This document shows positions 17,845 through 28,793 of a stretch of DNA of 64,000 nt, one piece after another (position 1 is the first letter of the stretch; every line of letters starts with the position of its first letter). The DNA comes from Salinispira sp. (GTDB lineage: Bacteria; Spirochaetota; Spirochaetia; DSM-27196; Salinispiraceae). The stretch is from NCBI GenBank assembly GCA_965226555.1, contig CBDDDG010000010.1:64001-128000 (forward strand). The letters are read 5' to 3'. The position numbers and the translations under genes were made by a program. The notes beneath the pieces are model-generated. The model saw only the letters and a program-made list of their open reading frames with translations, made no database searches and was not told the origin of the DNA.

Positions 17845-19554
17845 ATGGAAATTTCACCGCTTCAGAGAGCGCGATATGAATATCAGCCAAAGTTGCCTTC
17901 GGTTTTCAATGAGGGAGCAGGGAATGTTGGAATTCGACGAGGGGAAGCAACAGAATCTGTTTCCGACCGCGCAGAAATACAAAAGCTATTCGAACATCAT
18001 TACGGCGCCCCCATTGCCGTCTTTGAAAAGGACGATGGCGCCGCTTTTACCGGAACACGTTTTGCGGAAACACTCAGAATAGGGGTAATTCTTTCTGGAG
18101 GACAGGCGCCGGGGGGGCATAATGTTATAACAGGTCTTTACGATGCCATGAAAGCAGCCAATAGGCAGTCGGTGCTCATCGGTTTCCTTAAGGGACCCGG
18201 GGGGCTTATTGATAATGAATGTATTGTTCTGGATGATGATAGTATCAACAGCCATCGGAATACCGGAGGTTTCAGCATTATTGGTTCAGGACGCACAAAA
18301 ATTGAAACTCCAGGGCAGTTTGACGCCGCTCTTAAAAATGCGCAGGCGCAGAAACTCAATGCGCTGGTGATAATTGGCGGAGATGATTCAAATACCAATG
18401 CCGCCGTTCTCGCCGAATTTTTCACAGAGCACAATTCGGAAATTCAGGTTATCGGCGTTCCGAAAACCATAGACGGCGACCTCAAGAATGAATATATTGA
18501 GGCCTCATTCGGATTCGACACGGCAGTAAAAACCTATTCCGAACTTATTGGGAATATTATGCGGGATGCTTCGTCATCGAAAAAGTACTGGCATTTCATA
18601 AAGCTCATGGGGCGCTCGGCAAGCCACATCGCCCTCGAAGCAGCGCTGCAAACCCATCCGAATGTCGCCATTATCAGTGAGGAAGTAGCCCACCGGCAGG
18701 CAAGCCTTGCCGAACTTGTACGGGAAGTTGCAGACGCCGTTCAGTACCGGGCCGAACGGGGCAATAATTTCGGTATAGCCCTCATTCCCGAAGGGCTTAT
18801 AGAGTTTATTCCTGAAGTTAGGGCGCTCATTGACGAGCTGAATAACATTCTTTCTCATCACCGGGATTATTTTGCGACCCTGCGGAATTTTGATGATCAA
18901 ACAGAATTCATAAGCAGCAAGTTAAGTGATCATTCAGCGCGGGTTTTTTCGTCTCTTCCCCGGAACATCCGCAGGCAGCTTTTACTGGACAGGGATCCGC
19001 ACGGAAATGTTCAGGTTTCGCTCATCGACACGGAAAAGCTCTTCATTGAAATGGTCGGCGAACTTCTAGCCGAGCGAAGCGCAGGGGGCGGTGGTGGCTC
19101 CGGGGGCGCGGGCAGCGCCGGCTGCTCTCCCATACCATTTCAGGCGCTTCCGCATTTCTTCGGTTATGAGGGACGGAGCGCCTTTCCGTCTAACTTCGAT
19201 GCCGACTATACCTATAGCCTCGGGTACACGGCTTTTATGCTCATTGTTCATGGTTTGAATGGGTATCTTTCCAGCGTGCGCAATTTGCACCGCCCGAGTT
19301 CCGAATGGATTGCAGGGGGAATTCCCCTTACCATGCTCATGAACATGGAGCAGCGGCACGGTGCGCGGAAGCCGGTTATCCGCAAGGCGCTTGTTGAATT
19401 AGATGGCGCGCCGTTCCGGGAATTTGCGGCGCATAGGGAACAGTGGGCGCGGGAAACATCGTACCGCTTCCCCGGTGCCATTCAGTACTACGGTCCGCCG
19501 GAAGTGTGCGACCAGCCGACAATTACCCTTGCGCTAGAAAAAGGAAAACCGTGA
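17845..19554 (+). CDS. pfp: Pyrophosphate-dependent phosphofructokinase
   Basis: [36 protein letters not shown] and [10 protein letters not shown] motifs of the long PPi-PFK clade. Confidence 0.95.
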   Translation: MEISPLQRARYEYQPKLPSVFNEGAGNVGIRRGEATESVSDRAEIQKLFEHHYGAPIAVFEKDDGAAFTGTRFAETLRIGVILSGGQAPGGHNVITGLYDAMKAANRQSVLIGFLKGPGGLIDNECIVLDDDSINSHRNTGGFSIIGSGRTKIETPGQFDAALKNAQAQKLNALVIIGGDDSNTNAAVLAEFFTEHNSEIQVIGVPKTIDGDLKNEYIEASFGFDTAVKTYSELIGNIMRDASSSKKYWHFIKLMGRSASHIALEAALQTHPNVAIISEEVAHRQASLAELVREVADAVQYRAERGNNFGIALIPEGLIEFIPEVRALIDELNNILSHHRDYFATLRNFDDQTEFISSKLSDHSARVFSSLPRNIRRQLLLDRDPHGNVQVSLIDTEKLFIEMVGELLAERSAGGGGGSGGAGSAGCSPIPFQALPHFFGYEGRSAFPSNFDADYTYSLGYTAFMLIVHGLNGYLSSVRNLHRPSSEWIAGGIPLTMLMNMEQRHGARKPVIRKALVELDGAPFREFAAHREQWARETSYRFPGAIQYYGPPEVCDQPTITLALEKGKP

Positions 19555-19688
19555 AAAAAACATACACTCACTGATATTTTTGCTGAAGCTCTGCCACCTA
19601 CCCTCACAGTCAAGTCAATATCAAGTACTGCAGAAACCTAGTAATGCCGCTGTTTTCGCCAACAAGTATTTCTTAAACAAGTTATAAA

Positions 19689-20810
19689 TTAAGCTGTAAC
19701 AAGATTGAATTCAACTTGAGTTTGTAACTCAATCTCTGAAAGAACATCTTTAAGTCGATTCATATCGCTTACCTTATTCAGGATTTCATGTAGTTTTGGT
19801 ATATTGATTATTTCTTCAAAACAGGAAATATATGATTCAATTACTGAAGAAATCTTATATATCTTTTTAGCATCCATTCTTATTTTCATTTCAATCTTGT
19901 CAATATCAAGTGTTGATTTTATAACAAATACAATCGGGTATCGCTGGATTTTATCTATATCCAAAAAATATTTTTTAAAATCTAATGTTTCAGTAACCTG
20001 ATAAAATCGACCTAATGGTTTCATTACAAAATCAATTCCACCATCATTTGCATTCGTTCTTCCTGTTTTGTATAGTTTTAAATTCTCTTCAACTAACTCT
20101 TCAGGATCCCAACCCCAATAAACTATATTATTTAAATAATAGTATTTTAATATGGAAAAGGAAACAATCTCAAAAATTCGTGCATCAACATGTGAATTTA
20201 ATTGGTTCAGAATAAATTCTTTTATCTTATCTTCGTTATCTGCATTTGCAGAAGTTGCGTTTTCTGACATATGTTTACAATAATCAATAAATGTATTGAA
20301 CCTTTCTTGTCTGATCTCTACGTATTTTAATATTATTTCGATTATTGAGTTTATTAACGAATAACGTTTTGAATCAATTTCAATGTAAATTAGTTCTTCA
20401 TTTAGCCAATATCGTTTTGTCTCCAAATTACGAATAATTGGTATTTCATTAATATCTGGGAAATATTTCCTGAATTCATCGTTTAATCTATTATTTAAAG
20501 CATGATTTTGTAGTTTTTGTCCGAAAGGAAGTTCTCTCATACGGACCAGTAATTCAGAAAAAATTGCACCTTCATAATCTAAATAATTTTTCTTAGGGTC
20601 CTGGAATCCTTTATTTACATAATCTTCCAAAAGAACTACTAAAGCATACAAATTTGCAAATGAACCTCTTGATTTTGATCCACGGTTTGCGGATTTCGTT
20701 TTTATTATTAAATAACGAATTAAATGCGAATCTGTTTTTATTCTGTTATGAATATTTTCATTCGGAAAATTTTTTTTTAATATTTCAATAAGTAATTCAG
20801 AAAAATCCAT
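19689..20810 (-). CDS. Probable type II restriction endonuclease
   Basis: Very AT-rich; directly downstream of a methyltransferase; RTNANDGGIDF...QVT resembles a PD-(D/E)XK variant. Confidence 0.7.
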   Translation of the reverse strand: MDFSELLIEILKKNFPNENIHNRIKTDSHLIRYLIIKTKSANRGSKSRGSFANLYALVVLLEDYVNKGFQDPKKNYLDYEGAIFSELLVRMRELPFGQKLQNHALNNRLNDEFRKYFPDINEIPIIRNLETKRYWLNEELIYIEIDSKRYSLINSIIEIILKYVEIRQERFNTFIDYCKHMSENATSANADNEDKIKEFILNQLNSHVDARIFEIVSFSILKYYYLNNIVYWGWDPEELVEENLKLYKTGRTNANDGGIDFVMKPLGRFYQVTETLDFKKYFLDIDKIQRYPIVFVIKSTLDIDKIEMKIRMDAKKIYKISSVIESYISCFEEIINIPKLHEILNKVSDMNRLKDVLSEIELQTQVEFNLVTA

Positions 20811-20825
20811 CTATTCACTATTCTT

Positions 20826-21779
20826 TCAAAATAAACTTGGTTGAGGTAAGTAAAAACCTTTTTTATTATTCCCATTTTTTCTTACACAGGTCTTATCAGG
20901 TTTTTTTAATTCCTCACTCTTATACGAAGTTGTAATATTCAATCTTCTCAAACCAATTTTATAATACTCTTCCTGTAATTCTATACCAATAAATTTTCTA
21001 TTCAATTTATTTGCAACAAATCCCGTTGTAAATGTCCCTGAAAAAGGATCAAGAACAGTATCGCCTTCATTGCTGGACGCCAGAATTATTCTTTCTAATA
21101 ATGATTCGGGTTTTTGTGAAGGGTGCTGCTCATATTCATTCATTCGATAACGTACCCGGTTATAATACCAGACATTCCCTGGAACCTTCTGCGTATTATA
21201 CGGCCGGGGCGTATCACCGCGATAATCAATCAGTTTCCTCTTAGCCCCTGTATGTGCTTCTACAAGGATACTGTCAGAGTTGAACGTGTAATCATTCTTA
21301 TTTTTGACAACAAATAGAATTAGTTCATACATTGAACCATAGTATTTTTTTGCCTGTACTCCACTACTATCATAATACCAGACTATTCGTGACAGAATGT
21401 CCACATTAAGAGAACGAATAAAAATATCCAGATAAGGCATTGCTTCTGTACTTGTCATTATATATGCAGAACCGTTCTCTTTTAATTTTTGAAAACAGAG
21501 GACAATCCATTTTTTACACCAATCCACATATTCTGCTGTTGATGACCACCTGTCAATAAAGTTCGAAAATTTCTTACCAATATTATATGGAGGATCAACA
21601 AACAAAAGAGCAATTGAATTATCATCAATGTGATTTTCTAATACTTCAACGGCATTCCCAAGGTAAATTTTACTCAAAGGATTATTCATCATCTGCATTA
21701 TTAAATAATCAGATGATTTTTCAGGATTGTCAATATCATAATCCACCCATTCCATTTCATCAACATCCAACTTCATCAT
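20826..21779 (-). CDS. YhdJ-like beta-class adenine DNA methyltransferase
   Basis: DPPY precedes DPFSGTFTT; YDSSGVQAKK.YGSMYE and KVPGNVW...RVRY.M.EYE.HP.QKPE resemble E. coli YhdJ as I recall it. Start uncertain. Confidence 0.9.
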   Translation of the reverse strand: MMKLDVDEMEWVDYDIDNPEKSSDYLIMQMMNNPLSKIYLGNAVEVLENHIDDNSIALLFVDPPYNIGKKFSNFIDRWSSTAEYVDWCKKWIVLCFQKLKENGSAYIMTSTEAMPYLDIFIRSLNVDILSRIVWYYDSSGVQAKKYYGSMYELILFVVKNKNDYTFNSDSILVEAHTGAKRKLIDYRGDTPRPYNTQKVPGNVWYYNRVRYRMNEYEQHPSQKPESLLERIILASSNEGDTVLDPFSGTFTTGFVANKLNRKFIGIELQEEYYKIGLRRLNITTSYKSEELKKPDKTCVRKNGNNKKGFYLPQPSLF

Positions 21780-21920
21780 GTGCACTGAGCAATTATACAA
21801 GACCCCGCAGAGATATCTCAACGGCGCGGTCGCCGAGTATTGACAAAGCTCTTTGACTACCGCAGAATATATTATGGAGGAAATTTTGCTCTGCAAAATT
21901 TTCCATGGAGGAATGATTGG

Positions 21921-23297
21921 GTGCAGTTCCAAAAGCCCGCGGTTGAACAGACCCAGAAGCTCAAACTCAGCCCGCAGATGCTTCAGAGCATAAAAATTAT
22001 GTCTCTCCCCCTATTTGATCTCAGGGCGCGCATTGAGCAGGAATTGGAGGAAAACCCTGCCCTTGAACGTACGGAAGATGAAAAAACCCTCTCAATCGAC
22101 TCCACGCTCGACTCTTCTTTCGACTCCACACCGGAAAAATCTGACGAAGATTCATATTTTGAAAACACTTCCGATCCGGGTACCATTTCCACCTATGATC
22201 AGGATGCCAGTAATGCGAAACAGAGCTTCATGGAAAATGCGCTCTCTCAACCTGAGACACTTCAGGATCATCTTGTCTGGCAATTACGGCTTCAGCCCCT
22301 TTCCCATGAATTAATTGACATTGGTGAACTTCTCATTCATAACCTCGATATGAATGGCTTTCATATTGAGGAACCTCAGTATCTGCTGTCTCCCGAGCAA
22401 TGTGAACATATACATACACTCATACCAATGATCAGAGAGTTTGATCCTGTCGGCTGCTGTACCAGCAACTATATTGAGAGCCTTGAAGTTCAGGCATCGC
22501 TTCTGGAAGACGTTCCTCAGTCCATATATGTTATTATTCGGGAATATCTTTCTGTTCTGAGCAAGGGCAAGGTTCAGGAAATTGCCGGAAAACTTTCGGT
22601 TCCTCCTGAAGAAGTTGAACACTGCCGCCACATTCTTCGTTCGCTTACGCCCTTTCCGGGACAGGAGTATACTCATATACATCCGGGATATGTTGTGCCC
22701 GATGTTATTGTTATCCGTGAAAAAGATGACTGGCGGATCATTGTTAATGAGGATGAACTTCCGGTTCTCGGTCTTAACAATTTTTTCAGTGAAATTGAAG
22801 AAAACAGGAAGAGTAAGGAGGCATCCGATTTTGTCAGAACAAAAATTCGTGACGCCCGCTGGTTTATCAACAGTATCCGACAGCGAAACAACACCTTGCA
22901 GAAGGTCGCAGTATCAATTGTGAAATATCAGAGAGATTTTTTTCTCACAGGTCCGAAGGGCATTGTTCCGCTCATATTAAAAGATGTGGCGGAAGATATA
23001 GGAGTGCATGAAGCAACAATAAGCCGTCTTACCCGCGGCAAATACATGCAGACAGAATATGGTATTTTTGAGTTAAAGTATTTTTTTACAAACGCGGTTA
23101 AGGGCTTCCGTGGAGGCGGAGGGGCCTATGGCAAGGTTGCGGTCAAGGAGATTATTAGGGAAATTCTGGAAACACAAAGTAATTTTTCCGATCAGAAAAT
23201 TTCTGATCTTCTTGAAAAGCGGGGTATAAAAATAGCCAGAAGAACAGTTACAAAATATCGGAAGGAATTACATATCTCATCATCCTATGAGCGTTAG
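21921..23297 (+). CDS. rpoN: RNA polymerase sigma-54 factor
   Basis: ELEENPALE, HEATISR and the RpoN box ARRTVTKYR. Confidence 0.97.
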   Translation: MQFQKPAVEQTQKLKLSPQMLQSIKIMSLPLFDLRARIEQELEENPALERTEDEKTLSIDSTLDSSFDSTPEKSDEDSYFENTSDPGTISTYDQDASNAKQSFMENALSQPETLQDHLVWQLRLQPLSHELIDIGELLIHNLDMNGFHIEEPQYLLSPEQCEHIHTLIPMIREFDPVGCCTSNYIESLEVQASLLEDVPQSIYVIIREYLSVLSKGKVQEIAGKLSVPPEEVEHCRHILRSLTPFPGQEYTHIHPGYVVPDVIVIREKDDWRIIVNEDELPVLGLNNFFSEIEENRKSKEASDFVRTKIRDARWFINSIRQRNNTLQKVAVSIVKYQRDFFLTGPKGIVPLILKDVAEDIGVHEATISRLTRGKYMQTEYGIFELKYFFTNAVKGFRGGGGAYGKVAVKEIIREILETQSNFSDQKISDLLEKRGIKIARRTVTKYRKELHISSSYER

Positions 23298-23306
23298 GAG
23301 GCTACT

Positions 23307-23603
23307 ATGCATGTTGATATAAAAGGTGTTCATTATCACATTACCGATGTGACCCGCGATTTTCTTGAAACCAAACTTGAGAAAATCTCATATGCCAAGG
23401 ACGATATCGTCAATCTTTTCTTCACCCTTACAAAGGATAATTATGAATGGATTGCCGAAGTAAACGTTAGCTTTCGCTGGAAGGTGAATGCTCATCTCAA
23501 AGAAGAAAGCTTTAATCTGCACGAGTCAGTTGAGAAACTCATTGACAAGCTTGAAGCCAAGATCCGTAAAGAAAAAGACAAAATAAAAGATAAACATGTC
23601 TGA
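23307..23603 (+). CDS. hpf: Ribosome hibernation promoting factor (HPF/RaiA)
   Basis: Position after rpoN; S30AE-like pattern ending LIDKLEAKIRKEKDK. Confidence 0.88.
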   Translation: MHVDIKGVHYHITDVTRDFLETKLEKISYAKDDIVNLFFTLTKDNYEWIAEVNVSFRWKVNAHLKEESFNLHESVEKLIDKLEAKIRKEKDKIKDKHV

Positions 23604-23629
23604 ACAGACAAGTTTCCCGTAGGTATGAT

Positions 23630-24619
23630 ATGCAGACAATTACTGTACTCGAATTTCTGAATCTTGATTTCAAGGAGCATGATGCCCTCAGGCTCCGCTG
23701 TATTGCCGGACGGACGGGGCTCACGCGGGAGATACGATTTCCCAATGTTAACCGCCCCGGCCTCACCATGAATGGCTTCTTCGATAATTTTGCGGTTGAC
23801 CGTATTCAGCTTTTCGGCCGCGGCGAGCATGCCTTTCTTGAAAAAATTGGTAATGATTCTGATCATGGTTCAAAGGTAAAAAATCTGGAAATTCTCTTTA
23901 CCTCCGGTACTCCCTGTGTTGTGCTTTCCCATAATCTTGAGCCTACCAGTGATATTCTTGAGCTTGCCGATAAAACCGGAACCCCAATTCTTCAAACAGA
24001 TTTGAGCTCTTCGGAGTTCACTTCCCGGGCCATACGGGCTCTGAACATGGTATTTGCAAAGACCACCGTTACCCATGGAGTACTCGTTGAGGTCTTCGGC
24101 ATCGGTATTTTTATTACTGGTGAGTCAGGAGTCGGTAAAAGTGAGTCGGCTCTTGAACTCATTCATAGAGGTCACCGTATTGTGGGCGATGACATGATTG
24201 AAATTCGCAATGTTTCCGGCAATGTGCTCGTTGGTACTGCTGCGAACAATGTGCTGAAGCATCATATGGAAATTCGGGGACTGGGAATTATCAACATTGC
24301 GCACCTCTTTGGGGTAGGAGCTATTCGGGATCATAAGCAGATTCAACTTATTGTTGAGCTTGAGCCGTGGAAATCTGGAAAGGAATATGATCGTCTGGGT
24401 ACCGATGAGAAAATGAAGGAAATTCTTGGTGTAAATGTTCCGTATCTCCTGGTGCCGATAAAACCAGGGCGCAACATTCCCATAATTATTGAAACGGCAG
24501 CTATGAATGAACGGCTGAAGAAAATAGGCTACAATTCGGTGCGAAATTTCAAACAGAACAATGGAGGCTTACTGAATACCGGAAAACGAGCGCAGCGTAT
24601 TATGGCCGATTGGAATTAA
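23630..24619 (+). CDS. hprK: HPr kinase/phosphorylase
   Basis: NRPGL, GESGVGKSESALELI.RGH, MEIRGLGII and PGRN motifs. Confidence 0.97.
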   Translation: MQTITVLEFLNLDFKEHDALRLRCIAGRTGLTREIRFPNVNRPGLTMNGFFDNFAVDRIQLFGRGEHAFLEKIGNDSDHGSKVKNLEILFTSGTPCVVLSHNLEPTSDILELADKTGTPILQTDLSSSEFTSRAIRALNMVFAKTTVTHGVLVEVFGIGIFITGESGVGKSESALELIHRGHRIVGDDMIEIRNVSGNVLVGTAANNVLKHHMEIRGLGIINIAHLFGVGAIRDHKQIQLIVELEPWKSGKEYDRLGTDEKMKEILGVNVPYLLVPIKPGRNIPIIIETAAMNERLKKIGYNSVRNFKQNNGGLLNTGKRAQRIMADWN

Positions 24620-24745
24620 TGCAAAACTTTCCATATGGAATTGCGGATACAAGCAATTTTTTGTAAAGTACAATACGAAACTTTTGCGCAAACAAAATTT
24701 TGCATTGGAAAATTGTGCTTGCACAATTTTCAGTAGCAAAACTTT
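24620..24745. repeat. Cluster of palindromic elements between hprK and ptsH
   Basis: Long-type copy at about 24696..24744 plus degenerate arms upstream. Confidence 0.75.
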
Positions 24746-24767
24746 CCATAACAAATTGGAAAAGGAA

Positions 24768-25034
24768 ATGACTGAAAAAACTATTGTTGTAAAAAACCGC
24801 GCCGGAATTCATGCCCGCCCTGCCGCAATGATTGTCCAGACCGCGGGCAAATATAATTCCAGTATATTCTTCCGCAAAGATCACGAAGAAATTAATGCAA
24901 AATCCATTATGGGAGTCATAACCCTTGGAGCGGGATATAATACTGAAATTATCATTACGGCTCAGGGTGATGATGAAGCGGATGCAGTGGAAGCAATTGC
25001 GCATCTTTTTGAAACGCGTTTTGAAGAGGAATAG
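24768..25034 (+). CDS. ptsH: Phosphocarrier protein HPr
   Basis: GIHARPAA and NAKSIMGV motifs. Confidence 0.97.
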   Translation: MTEKTIVVKNRAGIHARPAAMIVQTAGKYNSSIFFRKDHEEINAKSIMGVITLGAGYNTEIIITAQGDDEADAVEAIAHLFETRFEEE

Positions 25035-25065
25035 AACCCCTCGCGGATTTTTGCCGTCCAGAGGC

Positions 25066-25638
25066 ATGAAGCATATCAACGTGAGGATGCTGAACGTGAG
25101 GATGCTGGGCGCATTCGTGCTTTTCTGTGTGTTCACTTCATGCAATTCATTCATCCGGTCAGATACGATCATACTTGATACAGAATATTCATCCGAAGAC
25201 CAGCTCATTGTTTCTGCTGTCTGGAAAAATCTTTCCAGCCATATTTCGGAACGCGTACATAGCTCCAGGTTTGAGCAAGTCATTGAGTATAGGCTTACCG
25301 TATACAGCAGGACATTTCCCGTTGAACGAATGTCAATATCGCGGAACATCACTGTCGCATACATCCCCTCCGGCGATCTGTATTATCTGGCAGATCCCTA
25401 TGCGGAATATGAACACTATTTTGATAATCCGATCAGTTTGTATGAATATCTTGATGCTCCGATCAGCTTTGTTATTCCACGTGATACATTACGCGATAAT
25501 GCGCGTTCGGGATTTCAGATGGGAGCGCGTATGGCAGCCTACATTCCACGCGTGAATGAGGAGTCTGCATTCCGGCAATGGATCAGCATTATGAATCCCT
25601 ATGTGTATATGGGGAGGGGCGAAATTAATGAGCTTTAA
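25066..25638 (+). CDS. Hypothetical lipoprotein upstream of the histidine kinase
   Basis: Lipobox VFTS-C; overlaps the kinase start. Confidence 0.6.
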   Translation: MKHINVRMLNVRMLGAFVLFCVFTSCNSFIRSDTIILDTEYSSEDQLIVSAVWKNLSSHISERVHSSRFEQVIEYRLTVYSRTFPVERMSISRNITVAYIPSGDLYYLADPYAEYEHYFDNPISLYEYLDAPISFVIPRDTLRDNARSGFQMGARMAAYIPRVNEESAFRQWISIMNPYVYMGRGEINEL

Positions 25639-27406
25639 AATGACCGGAACAAGCGGAAAATTGAGCAAACTCATCAGCCTCATTATGTTTTATATCATTC
25701 TCATTGTATTGATCATTTTTTTTGCGAACCAGATATTACTCAGCCGGATATCGGATAACGATCTCTATATTGTTCTGTTCTGGATTGCTGCCATAATTAT
25801 TCCCGGTTCCTTACTACTGGGAATTGTTATTAACCTCCTGCGTTTGTTCAGGGAACAGAGGGCGAAGGCCTCAGGCGCGGTATTTAAAACCCGACTCATC
25901 AATTATTTTCTCATTCTTGTTGTTCTTTCAGTCGCTCCGCAGGCCCTCCTCAGCCTGAGTTTCATCCGGGTTATTGGCGATACCTGGTTTAACGACAGGG
26001 TCGGTCAGGGACTTCAGAGTAGCCTCAATATCACGACAGAAATTCAGCAGTCTCTTGCCGCCAATGTGCGCAGCTTCATGTATACATCGTCCTTCACCAA
26101 TTTCATTGAACAGTCGCAGGGGAATTTTGAAGAATTGTTCTCAGAGATTAGGGAAATTCGACCTTCAATTTCTGCTGTACAGGTATTTTCTTCTACGGGC
26201 GATATCCTGTACATGGGGGGGAATGAAGACGCGCGGGTAGATTATGCCGACATTCTGCGTTCTCCCGAGGGTTTTGTTGTGAGAGATATACGGCAGGATC
26301 GGAGTTTTATTAGAATACGCAGAACCATTACCGACAACACCTTTGTGCTTATGGAGGAACTGCCGCGGGGATTCGGAGAAACAATTCTGCAAATTCAGGA
26401 ATCGTTGACGCTCTTTACTGAATATAAGGAGATAAAAGACATACTGTATACCGGACTCATAATTTTTTACGGTATTTTTTCCCTTCCCTTGTTTTTCCTT
26501 GCCATTCTGGCGGGGTTTTATCTGAGCGACACCCTTATTCAGCCCATCGAATATCTTGAAAATGCCATACGAAAAGTCGCCGCCGGAAATTTCAGTTTCA
26601 GAATTCTTACTCATGAGCGGGCCGATTTGGGACATCTCGTTGAGTCCTTCAATCTTATGTTAGCCGAACTTGAACGTTCGAGAAATCAGTTGGTTCAAAG
26701 TGAACGCATAGCAGCTTGGAAGGATATTGCCCAGCGGCTTGCGCATGAAATAAAGAACCCCATTACTCCCATCCGCCTGTCCATAGAGCGTCTGGAACGG
26801 AAATATGAGCAAAAAGCGGAAGATTTCCCCCAGGTGCTCAATACATCGGTGAAGAGCATTGTTCGGGAAGTTGATCATCTTTCCCGGCTCATTACTGAAT
26901 TCCGAAAATTTGCGCGCCTGCCGCTTCTTCAACAGGAAGATATGAGCCTTTTACGCATAATTAAAGACATTCTGGATATGCCGACACAGGTCAATGTTGT
27001 TATTGAGAACATTACTGAGGAAACCATTGTGCGTGTTGATCCGGATCAATTTCATCAGGTTTTCAGAAATTTACTGAGCAATTCCCTCGATGCCATTAAA
27101 GAACGAAGCAGCAGGGAGGGGAAGGATATTGCGGGTGAAATTCATTTTAACACGCAGGTTATTACCATTGCGGGTAAGGATTTCCGCCGCATTCAAATTC
27201 AGGACAACGGAATTGGTATGGATGAACAGCAAATTTCTCACATATTTGATCCTCATTATACCGGTAAAACACATGGAACAGGGCTTGGTCTTGTTATTGT
27301 TCAGAGAATAATTCAGGATCATAATGGTAAAATATCGGTGGAAAGTGAATATGGAAAGGGAACGCGGTTTTTTATTGACATTCCCATTTCGGAGGGACGC
27401 GCATGA
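25628..27406 (+). CDS. NtrY-like membrane sensor histidine kinase (HAMP)
   Basis: AWKDIAQRLAHEIKNPITPIRLS, DNGIG and GTGLGL motifs. Confidence 0.92.
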   Translation: MSFKMTGTSGKLSKLISLIMFYIILIVLIIFFANQILLSRISDNDLYIVLFWIAAIIIPGSLLLGIVINLLRLFREQRAKASGAVFKTRLINYFLILVVLSVAPQALLSLSFIRVIGDTWFNDRVGQGLQSSLNITTEIQQSLAANVRSFMYTSSFTNFIEQSQGNFEELFSEIREIRPSISAVQVFSSTGDILYMGGNEDARVDYADILRSPEGFVVRDIRQDRSFIRIRRTITDNTFVLMEELPRGFGETILQIQESLTLFTEYKEIKDILYTGLIIFYGIFSLPLFFLAILAGFYLSDTLIQPIEYLENAIRKVAAGNFSFRILTHERADLGHLVESFNLMLAELERSRNQLVQSERIAAWKDIAQRLAHEIKNPITPIRLSIERLERKYEQKAEDFPQVLNTSVKSIVREVDHLSRLITEFRKFARLPLLQQEDMSLLRIIKDILDMPTQVNVVIENITEETIVRVDPDQFHQVFRNLLSNSLDAIKERSSREGKDIAGEIHFNTQVITIAGKDFRRIQIQDNGIGMDEQQISHIFDPHYTGKTHGTGLGLVIVQRIIQDHNGKISVESEYGKGTRFFIDIPISEGRA

Positions 27407-28764
27407 ATAACATTCTTGTTATTGATGATGAACAGGGTATCCGTGAAATATTTCAGGATATTCTCAAGGATGAGGGATATCAGGTTTTTACCGCGGCAGA
27501 TGGTGTACAGGGTTTGAACATGCTCCAGAATGAGGTTATTGATCTTGTTTTCCTCGATGTTTGGCTTCCCGGCATGGGCGGAATTGAGGTTCTTCAGAAC
27601 ATAAAAGAGAAATTTCCCCGAATTGAGGTTGTCATCATAAGCGGTCATGCCAATATAGAATTGGCGGTAAAGGCAATGAAGCTCGGCGCCTACGATATGC
27701 TTGAAAAACCCATAGGAATTGACCGTATTCTCCAGCTTTGTAAGCATGTTCTGGAGCTTGAAGATTTGCGGCGTGAGAATCAATCGCTCAAAGCGCAGCT
27801 GGGTTCCGATCAGCAGATGATTGGGGAAAGCACGGCAATGCGCGACATTATCTCCATAATACAGCAGGCAGCGGGAAGTGACACAACGGTTCTCATAACC
27901 GGGGAAAATGGAACAGGAAAGGAACTTGTTGCCCGGGAAATTCATGAGCGAAGTGCCCGCAGAAACCACCCCTTTATTCCGGTAAACTGCGCCGCAATTC
28001 CGCAGAATCTCATTGAAAGTGAACTCTTTGGTTATGAAAAAGGAGCCTTTACCGGGGCAGTGGGCAGAAAGAAGGGAAAATTTGAACGTGCTTCAGGAGG
28101 CACCCTCTTTCTCGATGAAATTGCCGATCTTGCCCCCTCCGCTCAGGCAAAAATTCTCCGTGCCGTTCAGGAAATGTCTATTGAGCGGGTGGGAGGAGAA
28201 CAGTCCATATCGGTAGATGTACGGTTTGTCGCAGCGACCAATAAGGATATGCAGGCAATGGTCGCGTCGGGGCAGTTTCGGGAGGATCTCTACTACCGTT
28301 TGCATGTTGTGTTCATTAATGTTCCGCCCCTGAGAGAACGAAAGACAGATATTACAATAATTGCAAATCATTTTCTGACAATTCATGGGGGAAAAAACAG
28401 GGAATTCTCCCCTCAGGCCATGGAAAAACTCCGGGCCTATCAGTGGCCGGGCAATATCAGGCAGCTCAGGAATATCATACAGCGCCTCGCCATCCTCTCC
28501 GATGAAACCATCATTCCCGAAGATGCGGTGGACATTGCGCTGAGCGGTGAAATGTCGCCCATCAGAAAGACGGGCAAAAACGATCTGGAGCAATACCGGG
28601 ACATGAACCTTCTTGAGGCCAGGGAATCGTTTGAACGGAAGATGATTCTCAATGCGCTGGAAGATGCGCAGTATAACATTAGCAAATCTGCGCAGCGGCT
28701 CGGGGTATATCCGAGTAATCTGCATAGTAAAATCCGCAAATACGGCATTGAAACAAAGAAATGA
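27403..28764 (+). CDS. NtrX/NtrC-family sigma-54-dependent response regulator
   Basis: Receiver domain; GENGTGKE, ESELFG.EKGAFTGA, WPGNIRQLRN; C-terminal HTH. Confidence 0.95.
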   Translation: MNNILVIDDEQGIREIFQDILKDEGYQVFTAADGVQGLNMLQNEVIDLVFLDVWLPGMGGIEVLQNIKEKFPRIEVVIISGHANIELAVKAMKLGAYDMLEKPIGIDRILQLCKHVLELEDLRRENQSLKAQLGSDQQMIGESTAMRDIISIIQQAAGSDTTVLITGENGTGKELVAREIHERSARRNHPFIPVNCAAIPQNLIESELFGYEKGAFTGAVGRKKGKFERASGGTLFLDEIADLAPSAQAKILRAVQEMSIERVGGEQSISVDVRFVAATNKDMQAMVASGQFREDLYYRLHVVFINVPPLRERKTDITIIANHFLTIHGGKNREFSPQAMEKLRAYQWPGNIRQLRNIIQRLAILSDETIIPEDAVDIALSGEMSPIRKTGKNDLEQYRDMNLLEARESFERKMILNALEDAQYNISKSAQRLGVYPSNLHSKIRKYGIETKK

Positions 28765-28793
28765 GAAATGTGTGAAGGAGACACCGATAGCCT

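Noticed and set aside
24684..24767. N-terminal ORF extensions reading FALENCACTI (also before rpn and murA)
   Set aside because: These are translations of the palindromic element; better starts lie downstream.
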